Positions 49,566 to 56,997 of a stretch of 64,000 bases of DNA are shown piece by piece; position 1 is the first letter of the stretch, and each line of letters opens with the position of its first letter. The stretch is from Methanobacteriota archaeon (GTDB taxonomy: Archaea > JAADCQ01 > Methanopyri > Methanopyrales > Methanopyraceae): positions 64,001 to 128,000 of the forward strand of contig JAMOPO010000015.1 in NCBI GenBank assembly GCA_027064425.1, written 5' to 3'. The position numbers were made by a program, and so were the translations under genes. Under the pieces are notes generated by a model. It had not been told where the DNA came from, did no database searches, and saw only the letters and a program-made list of their open reading frames with translations.

Positions 49566-49609
49566 CTCCTCTCGTAGTGTTAACGGCGCGTTTACGCTCC
49601 GGCGAATCC
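49566..49609 (+). repeat. Copy 2 of the 44-bp degenerate repeat
   Basis: Aligns with 47929-47972. Confidence 0.7.
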
Positions 49610-49742
49610 ATGCGATCTTCATTTTTCGCGGAGAGTTGGTGCCGGGGACGAGGGGACGGAGGCCTTCCCAGTCCTCACCCTCGCAGCTCGGTTTTCCCTG
49701 TGTGAGGCGAGCGTGGGAAGGTGATGCTCGGGGGAGCAGACG

Positions 49743-51380
49743 ATGGCCCGAGCCCTGCTGGTTCTACTAACCCTGGCGGCGGTCGCGACCCCCGCTTCGG
49801 GTGCCACCATCCTCCTACCGGACCTCGTGGGCCAAGCCATCGCGTTGGAGAAGGAGGGGCTGAGGCACGCCACCCCGGTGGCCACGAGAGGGCTCGTCGA
49901 ACGCTTCAACACGCTCGAGAATCTGGCCGTCGACTACGAGTATATATCAACCCCAGACCACCATGATCTCATCATCTTCTGCGGCGAGGTTCGCGTGAGG
50001 ATTACACCCGAAGAGGTCCGCGTAGAGTACTCGACCCAGCGTGGACCGGTCCGGCGCTCGCTATCCCTCAACCCCGAGCACACTTACCTCGTCCTCTCCC
50101 CGCAGGGCCTCCGTACGATCCCAGTCACACCACAGCATAGAGGCAAAGAACTCCCCATCCTCATCATTCGCGGCGGCCGAGCTTACGAGCCCACCACGTA
50201 CCTCCCGTCCTTCATCCTCGGGGACTACGCCGAGAACGTCACCCCACTCGACCAGGCCGTCGGACTCATGGGTGACTGGGACCTCCTCGTCCGGCTGAAG
50301 ATCGAGGGTGAGACCGTCGCCTTCGACCTCGTGAGGTCGGACGGCTCGGGCGCCTACCGCGTCGTCTGCGACCTAAGAACGGGGAGCGCCTGGCGCGAGC
50401 CCCTGCCGCCCGGGGAGGCCCGGAGGCTCCTCGACCTCGCCCGCGAGGACCTCGCCAAGCTCCACAAGCTGAAATCCGGCGAGCTCGAGAGCGAGCCGGG
50501 GCTACGACTGATCGTCTACGACGCCACCGAGGGCAGGGTCCTCCTGGAGCTCGCGCGCCCCTCCCTAAGGTTCATCCGGGAGTGTAACCCGCGTCTCGCA
50601 GGACTCCTCGAGCTCCTTCAACAAATTAGGATGGAGAGGCTCATCAAGTGGGATCTCCTCCAGCTCTCCCTCCGGGCTCACGAGCTCCAGGACCTCCTCG
50701 AGAGCGCGGGGCTCGCGAGCACGAGGGCGATCCGGTGCCTCCTGCACCCGGAGCTCGTCCTGGGGTCATACCTCCTCACGGCCGGTCTTGGACTTGCGGC
50801 CTTCCTGCCCTGGATCGAGCTGCTGAAACGCTTCCCGCGGCTAGGCGAGGCGCCCGAGTTCAGGTGGGAACCTTCGACCCTCCTTGAGTACGCGGAGCGC
50901 CTAGTGTACGCGGGGACCCTCTGCGGCGTAGAAGCCGCTTATCGGGTGTGCTGTAAGGTCGCCGTCGAGGTCCTACTGCGTGCCTTGGGGCTCTGGGATT
51001 ACGCGATGAACGGTAAAGTCCTAGAGCTCACGGGCTGCATTGTCTGGGCTCCGCTGTTCGAGGAATCGACGAAGCGGTTGATGAGTGCGCTCACCGGACT
51101 GCCACGATGGCTTGTGGGGCTCTGGTACGGGCTGTTAGAGGCCGTAGAATGGCGTGAAATCTGGCCGGGCGAGCTGAAACCTGTGAGGGTAGTCTGGAGG
51201 GTCATCGATCACATCGCGTACTCGGTCCTTCCGCTGCCACTCGGTGCGCTCCTGCACTCGCTTTGGAACGTGATAAGCGACCTCGGAGGCGAGATCCTCG
51301 AGTACTGGCCCGGAGTGCTTGGCATGACGCTCGCCGCACTTGGAGCACTGGTGGAGAACGCGCTGACTGGGGTGTGGTGA
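49743..51380 (+). CDS. Secreted-domain fusion to PrsW/CPBP-like intramembrane protease
   Basis: Signal peptide; C-terminal TM region with PLFEESTK, YGLLE, DH and LLHSLWN motifs. Confidence 0.72.
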   Translation: MARALLVLLTLAAVATPASGATILLPDLVGQAIALEKEGLRHATPVATRGLVERFNTLENLAVDYEYISTPDHHDLIIFCGEVRVRITPEEVRVEYSTQRGPVRRSLSLNPEHTYLVLSPQGLRTIPVTPQHRGKELPILIIRGGRAYEPTTYLPSFILGDYAENVTPLDQAVGLMGDWDLLVRLKIEGETVAFDLVRSDGSGAYRVVCDLRTGSAWREPLPPGEARRLLDLAREDLAKLHKLKSGELESEPGLRLIVYDATEGRVLLELARPSLRFIRECNPRLAGLLELLQQIRMERLIKWDLLQLSLRAHELQDLLESAGLASTRAIRCLLHPELVLGSYLLTAGLGLAAFLPWIELLKRFPRLGEAPEFRWEPSTLLEYAERLVYAGTLCGVEAAYRVCCKVAVEVLLRALGLWDYAMNGKVLELTGCIVWAPLFEESTKRLMSALTGLPRWLVGLWYGLLEAVEWREIWPGELKPVRVVWRVIDHIAYSVLPLPLGALLHSLWNVISDLGGEILEYWPGVLGMTLAALGALVENALTGVW

Positions 51381-51385
51381 GGTAC

Positions 51386-52434
51386 ATGGGGGCCGGCGCT
51401 CCTCTTACCTCATCCTAGGGCTGTTCCTAGCGCTGGCCCCAGCTTCAGGGAAACCGCTGATCCTGGGGAGTCTCTCGGAGGACTTGAAGCTCCTGCAGGG
51501 GTACTTCCGAAATCAAGTCCTGCCCAAGTGGAGGGATGACCCGCGCGTGATCGTGGACGTCACGCAATACTCGGAGTCGCCAGCGAGGTGGGCGGTTTAC
51601 GTACCAAAGAAGGACCTTTTCGTGTACATGTTCGTGCCCTCGAGGATGCGGACGTCGGTTGAACCGGGGCGCGTTCAGGTGGTGCTTCCACCGGTGACGG
51701 GCGGGAGACCCGTCGTGGTAGAGGAGCGTTTGGAGAGCCCGGCGGTGGTTGTGAGCGTGGATCAATTCTGCCCACTGGCGAGCGCGTCCTTAGACGTCGT
51801 GGTGGGGGACCATGTGTGCAGCTTCCTCCGCATTGATGTTCCCGTGCTCGGAGGCCCTTGCTCGGTCGAGTACGTCCTCACCCTGAGGGTTGGGGACCGG
51901 ATGGTCGACGAGGAGGTTCTGAAATCGTTCGACCCGGTGGATGTGGAGTACGCGGTGTACCCGGACCGGGTGGTCATGAGGATATTCGGGATCCCGGAAG
52001 GGGTTGAGGACCGAGCGCTCGTCATCAACGCGACGTTCGACCTCCGGCGTGACAGGATCCTCGTTGAGCGCTGGGAGAGTGCGGACCCGAGGCTGATCTC
52101 CAGGCTGCGCGAGCTGAAGAGGAAGTGGGCCACGCCCCCTGAGGAAGGGATCGCGGAGTTCTTCGGTGGATTACTGCGCGAGCGCTCCGGCGTGAAGCCC
52201 CTCTTGGTGGGCTTCCAACTACCGCACGACGACCCGCTGGTGCGGTTCGTCGAGAAGGTAGTCAGGATGTACAACCAGGGCGCCGGTGAGGAGGAACTCC
52301 AGAAGGCCATGGAAGAGCACCCGAACGTCGAGTTCCTGTTCCCGAAAAAGGGTGCAAAGGAAGCTTCGAGGTTCCCAGTGTGGATGCCACCACTGCCACT
52401 AGTGCCGCAAGTGGGTCGCCGGAACAGCGCCTGA
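51386..52434 (+). pseudogene. Secreted protein gene frameshifted in a G5 run just after the ATG (or intact if sequencing error)
   Basis: SD GGTGAGGT then ATG 51386; one extra G joins it to RRSSYLILGLFLALAPASG signal peptide and ORF 51484-52434; tail SRFPVWMPPLPLVPQVGRR. Confidence 0.65.
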
Positions 52435-52619
52435 CGCTGCCGACCCCATAGGAGGCGTGTTAAACCGGGATGCTAAGTGGAAGGTGGGGCGGCGGTCCTT
52501 CGGCTCTAGGTACTGCGCCGCTCCGCTCCTTCACCACCCGTAAAATACGCGTAAGTGCGGCAACGTCAGTCCCGTGGCAGTGCGACTTCGGTGTGGTGCG
52601 AAATCTACAGTCATGAGTC

Positions 52620-52960
52620 ATGGAAGCTTCCGGAGCTTGCCAAGGAGACCCTTAACCTCGAGTCGCCCCATCGGGTTCCCCCACGCGCTTCTCGGCGCGC
52701 TCAGTCGTTCCTTGAGGCACTCCGCCCGGTCGTCGTCGGGCTCCTCCGGCCCGTCCCGAAGGCGCTGCATCTCCTCTTAAGCTCGGCGAGCTCGCGCCAG
52801 GCGCCTGAGTCGGGGAGGGCGAGGGTCTCGGCACGCTTCGCAACCTCAGCTGAGTCCTCCTCCAGCGCGCGTCATGCGACTCCGACGGAGTTGGCGGTGA
52901 GGTCAAGGAAGGTGAGGGACCGGTTCACGAGGCCCGGTTCTCGCCGAGTTGGTAATGGTG
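52620..52960 (-). pseudogene. Probable decayed gene remnant
   Basis: Protein-like segments (RALEEDSAEVAKRAETL...WRELAELKRR; DGPEEPDDDRAECLKERL) split by stop and frameshift. Confidence 0.35.
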
Positions 52961-53240
52961 GTCGAGGCGGGGTGGGCGGCCTTATTCGACCGTGATCCGC
53001 CGGGCCTTGACCGCCTGCTAGTGCTCGTGTACGACCCCGCCACGCGCCGAGGATCCTCACCGAGCGCGAGGCGAGGCATCCCTGATCGCTGGCTCCCCAC
53101 CCCCGAAATAATGCCCTGAAGTGGGCGGTACTCGCGCCACGGAGCACCGTAACGGTTGCCGCCACCCTGAAGAAGTGCGGAGGAGTGAGGGCCTTACACC
53201 GGTGGATGGTGTGGCCCGGGCCTGGGCCGGGCTCACATCC

Positions 53241-53825
53241 CTACGCCCGAACTCCACCGCCCGAGCTAGGTTGAGCGTCCGACACTCGATGCCTCCCGTC
53301 CCGGGACCTGCGATACAGGAGCTTTTTGAGCACTCGCTCGGCGAACCAGGCCTCCCACGGACCGAGCACGACGCGCGCGAACTTGGGGACTTTCTTGAGC
53401 AGGTCACCAACGCGGGGCGTGTCCGCGGGGGCGAGGGACGGGAAGGCGGCCAGAAGACGCGCTATCATCCTGCGCGTATCCTTTACCCGCCGCGCCCTCA
53501 TAGCGATCAGCTTCAGGCTTGTTCGGAGGTGCCGCACGGCCAACCTCGCCAGCTCGAGCACTCGCTCCTCCGACTGCTCGGCCAACCACTCCACGAACTC
53601 GACACTCGGGTTCGACTTGCCCAGGTAGATCAGGCGCGGGTGCCGGTACCTCCGCGTCCGCTTGAAGTACGCCACGAAGTACGGCCCGTAGGTCTTCCCA
53701 CCGATCTTACGATAAGTCTCCTGCAGCTTGGGCTTAACCCGCCTCCGGTACGCCTCGCGCAGCACACGAAGGCATCGAATGCGTTCCACGGGGTCGGTCG
53801 GTAGGGGCACCCCGGTCCAGGTCAC
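53241..53825 (-). CDS. Basic Methanopyrus-family protein (DUF1678-like)
   Basis: KIGGKTYGPYFVAY...LIYLGKS motif, very Arg/Lys-rich. Confidence 0.65.
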   Translation of the reverse strand: MTWTGVPLPTDPVERIRCLRVLREAYRRRVKPKLQETYRKIGGKTYGPYFVAYFKRTRRYRHPRLIYLGKSNPSVEFVEWLAEQSEERVLELARLAVRHLRTSLKLIAMRARRVKDTRRMIARLLAAFPSLAPADTPRVGDLLKKVPKFARVVLGPWEAWFAERVLKKLLYRRSRDGRHRVSDAQPSSGGGVRA

Positions 53826-54005
53826 GGCCCGCCACCCCAGCCTCAGGCCGGCCGTCCTTTTGTAATCAGGCGGGAGGATAAAAGGGTTGCGAGTGGACGG
53901 CCCGGCCTCCGAGCTCGGCTTCGAGGGGCGCTCGCTCGTAATTACAAAACTCCGGTCGGGGGGAGGGAGGTCGGCCGCGTGGTGCTCGGTGGTGAGAACC
54001 AGGAG

Positions 54006-54416
54006 CTACTCGCGCTCGACGATGACCTCCTTGTGGACGATGGCGTGGCCGAGGGTGCGGCTGATGATGCACCGGTCGGCGCCGCGTTCGGCGACCTTCT
54101 TGGCCTTCTCGGGGTCGGTGTCGTCGCGCAGCTTCACGCGGATCTTGACGTGGATGTCGGTGATGGCGCCGCGGTCGAAGTCGCGCTCTCCGGTGGCCTC
54201 TCCCGTGACCTCTGCGTCGATGCCTTCCTCTCGGAGGGCGGCGTCGGCGTTCATCAGGACGCAGGCGAGCAGGCCTGACAGGAACATGTGCACCGGGGTG
54301 ACCTCGTCCTCCTTCGCGACCTTGCTGCTGGTGAGTTTCTTCCGCTCGCCCACGAACTCGACCGCGCAGTGGCCCTTGTCCAGGACCTCGGCGGTGACCT
54401 TGGGCTCCTCGGTCAT
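54006..54416 (-). CDS. OsmC-family protein
   Basis: TPVHMFLSGLLAC...RCIISRTL two-Cys pattern. Confidence 0.8.
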   Translation of the reverse strand: MTEEPKVTAEVLDKGHCAVEFVGERKKLTSSKVAKEDEVTPVHMFLSGLLACVLMNADAALREEGIDAEVTGEATGERDFDRGAITDIHVKIRVKLRDDTDPEKAKKVAERGADRCIISRTLGHAIVHKEVIVERE

Positions 54417-54437
54417 GGCTCGGCCCTCTTCAGCAAG

Positions 54438-54454
54438 ATTTGAAATGTTCAAAT
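54438..54454. promoter_or_regulatory. Palindromic operator in divergent promoter
   Basis: ATTTGAA-ATG-TTCAAAT in 58-bp gap between OsmC and AEC transporter genes. Confidence 0.6.
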
Positions 54455-54474
54455 TTGTTTCGAGGGGGAGCGGG

Positions 54475-55356
54475 ATGGAGGGGCTGCGGGCGTTCCTGGA
54501 GCTGTTGGCGCTGGTCGGGCTGGGGTACGCGGCGCGTCGGGTGGGGGCGCTGGAGGAGGAGGCGCCGTCGCACCTGAACGCGTACGTGGTGTACCTGGCG
54601 ATGCCGGCGCTGGTGTTCGCGACGGTCGCGCGGCTGCCGCCGGGCAAGGTCGCCCGCTACGCGCTGCTGGTCCTGGTTTCGGTGGGCGTGGCGGCGGTCT
54701 GCTGTCTGGTGGGGTACTGGCTGGCTCGGTGGGTGGGTCTGGATCGTCGGGATGCGGTGGCGGTGGGGCTCGCGTCGGGGTTGGGGAACACGGGGTTCCT
54801 GGGGTACCCGATCTGCCTGTCCGTGCTGGGTCGGGGCGGGCTGGAGGCGGCTGTGTTCTACGACTTCGGGACGACCCTGTCGGTGATCGGGGCGTACCTG
54901 CTCCTGGCGCGGGGCGGGAACCCGGTGAGGATGAGCCTGCGGTTCCCGCCGGCGTACGCGGCGCTGGTGGGGATGGTGTGGTCGCTGCTGCGCCTGCCGC
55001 TGCCGGGGGTCGCGCGGCACGCGCTGGAGACGCTGGGGGCGTCCGCGGTGCCGGCGATCATGGTCTCGCTGGGCGCGTCGCTGCGGTGGGAGGTGGCGGT
55101 GGGTCGGGCGCTGCCGGTGGTGTGGGGGGTGAAGCTGGGGCTGTCGCCGGTGCTGGGGTGGCTGGTCGGGCCGTCGGGGCCGGAGGGCCGGGTGGTCGTG
55201 CTCGAGGCGGCGATGCCGCCGGCGCTGATGAACCTGGTGCTGGCGGAGCTGCTGGGGCTGCGGCCGCACGTGGTGGCGACGCTGGTCTTTACGAGCACGG
55301 TGCTCGCGCTGGGAACGGTACCGGTGACGGTGCTGGTGGTGGGTGGGTGGCGTTGA
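54475..55356 (+). CDS. AEC (auxin efflux carrier/malate permease) family transporter
   Basis: VVYLAMPALVF, GNTGFLGYP, EAAMPPA motifs; multi-TM. Confidence 0.88.
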   Translation: MEGLRAFLELLALVGLGYAARRVGALEEEAPSHLNAYVVYLAMPALVFATVARLPPGKVARYALLVLVSVGVAAVCCLVGYWLARWVGLDRRDAVAVGLASGLGNTGFLGYPICLSVLGRGGLEAAVFYDFGTTLSVIGAYLLLARGGNPVRMSLRFPPAYAALVGMVWSLLRLPLPGVARHALETLGASAVPAIMVSLGASLRWEVAVGRALPVVWGVKLGLSPVLGWLVGPSGPEGRVVVLEAAMPPALMNLVLAELLGLRPHVVATLVFTSTVLALGTVPVTVLVVGGWR

Positions 55357-55871
55357 GGGTGCCGACGGTGTGCTACGGTCGGGTGGAGGGGTGTGAGGTG
55401 AGCCGGTGGGACTCGTACGAGGACTACCTGGCGGACGTGATGCGCCGGCTGAGCGAGGAGCGGCCGTCGCGGCTGGAGTTCGAGCTGGGGGAGTGTGAGC
55501 GGTCGTGGCGGCACGTGTTGACGGCGTTCGACGTGCTCCTGCGGGCGTACGAGCGGAAGCTGCCGCTGGAGGAGGTGCGGGTGGGGGGCGAGGACGTGAG
55601 CGGCCTGCTGCGTCCGCTGTACGAGCAGGTGTTCACCAACTACGACGTGGAGCGGGCGCGGGTTGGGGTGCCGGAGGGGCACCGGCACGTGAGGACGGAG
55701 CTGGTGATCCGGGACGGGCGGCGGCTGGTCTTCCAGGAGGCGACGGTCTCGAACATCCTGCGGGCGTTCGTGACAGTGAAGACGCGGCCGGACGTGCGGT
55801 GCGTGCGGCTGAGGCGGAGACGGTTCGACGTCCCGGAGTACGCCGAGTGGCAGCTGATCGAGGAGGACTAG
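55353..55871 (+). CDS. Hypothetical protein
   Basis: TTG overlapping upstream stop; coding-like composition. Confidence 0.6.
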   Translation: MRVPTVCYGRVEGCEVSRWDSYEDYLADVMRRLSEERPSRLEFELGECERSWRHVLTAFDVLLRAYERKLPLEEVRVGGEDVSGLLRPLYEQVFTNYDVERARVGVPEGHRHVRTELVIRDGRRLVFQEATVSNILRAFVTVKTRPDVRCVRLRRRRFDVPEYAEWQLIEED

Positions 55872-56959
55872 CCGGACCAGCGGTCGGCGAAGTCCTCGGC
55901 GAGGGCCAGGATCGCGCCGATCGTGGGGCGGCCGAGGGCCTCGTCTAGGGCGTTGACGTCCACGACGTGCAGGTTCTCGAACCCCTCCAGCCCGTACTCG
56001 CGGTCCAGGCGCTCGGCGAGCGCGCCGCCCGGGTGGGCGCCGGCGGGCCGGGTGACGGTCTCGACGCGGGCGCCCAGCTCGCGGAGGAGCTCCCCGGCCA
56101 GGGCGCATCCCTCGGCGATGCGGGTGGCGTCCGCCGCGGTCACCGGCTTCCGTCGCTCGGCGACGCTGCCCGCGAGCTCGTCGCGGATTTTGACCATGAG
56201 GGCGTACCGGTCGGGGTGCCGCGAGGTGCGGTGCGGGGAAATCATGAACTCGTCCTCGTGAACGATCACGGGCATCTGGAGCCCGGGCCGGGCCTCCAGA
56301 TCGGCGATGACGTGGACGTAGAGGTCGGCGAACAGGGGCGCGTCGATCTCGACGCCGCTCCGGCGGAGGAGGTCCGGGGTCCCGGGGCACCCGGCGCTGA
56401 GCACGACTGCGTCGTCCTCGCTGACCTCGAGCCGGCGCTCCTCGAGGACGAGCTCGGTCACGCGCCCGGAGGAGGCCCGGAGTTCTAGGCAGTGGTCCTC
56501 GATCACCTCGACGCCGTCTGGGACCTCGCGCATCGGGTTCCACTTGGCTCCCTCGGGGCACTTCAGGCAGCGTCCGCAGCCCGTGCAGCGTTCGAAGTCG
56601 ATGGCCTTCGGCGTCCGCTCGACCTCGAGGCCCAGGTCCCTCGCCGCGCGCTCGAGCTCGAGGTCCAGATCGTTGAGGACGTCGTCCGGGGCCCGCTCGA
56701 CGGGCACCGACAGGTCGGCGAGTGCGCGCCGAAAGCGGCGCTCGAGCCGCTTTGGGCCCCAGAAGCCGAGGTTGCCCATCGAGTAGCGGGCGGATCCTCC
56801 GGGACCTAGCCCGTAATATACGAGGCACTCGCCGAAACGCTCACGCGCGAGCTTCGGCCCGCGCCCGGTGATCAGGGTGACCTCGTGACCCGACTCGGTG
56901 AGGCGCCTCGCGACCCAGCACCCCGCGGGCCCGGCCCCGACCACGTAAACCCGGGTCAA
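55868..56959 (-). CDS. GMC-type FAD oxidoreductase with 4Fe-4S-like motif
   Basis: VVGAGPAG, CTGCGRCLKCPEG, VLSAG, AHPGG, LHVVD, RPT. Confidence 0.75.
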   Translation of the reverse strand: MTRVYVVGAGPAGCWVARRLTESGHEVTLITGRGPKLARERFGECLVYYGLGPGGSARYSMGNLGFWGPKRLERRFRRALADLSVPVERAPDDVLNDLDLELERAARDLGLEVERTPKAIDFERCTGCGRCLKCPEGAKWNPMREVPDGVEVIEDHCLELRASSGRVTELVLEERRLEVSEDDAVVLSAGCPGTPDLLRRSGVEIDAPLFADLYVHVIADLEARPGLQMPVIVHEDEFMISPHRTSRHPDRYALMVKIRDELAGSVAERRKPVTAADATRIAEGCALAGELLRELGARVETVTRPAGAHPGGALAERLDREYGLEGFENLHVVDVNALDEALGRPTIGAILALAEDFADRWSG

Positions 56960-56997
56960 GCTGGCGACACCCTGGAGCGGTGCTGGGGGCTCGCCGG

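Larger units (their letters stand above)
47700..53860. other. Lineage-specific accessory island (secreted proteins, decayed genes, long intergenic tracts)
   Basis: More A/T, relaxed codon usage and lower coding density than flanks; no housekeeping genes; boundaries approximate. Confidence 0.65.

Noticed and set aside
47700-53860. Island as an intact provirus or IS element
   Set aside because: No integrase, transposase, capsid gene, terminal repeats or tRNA att duplication could be identified
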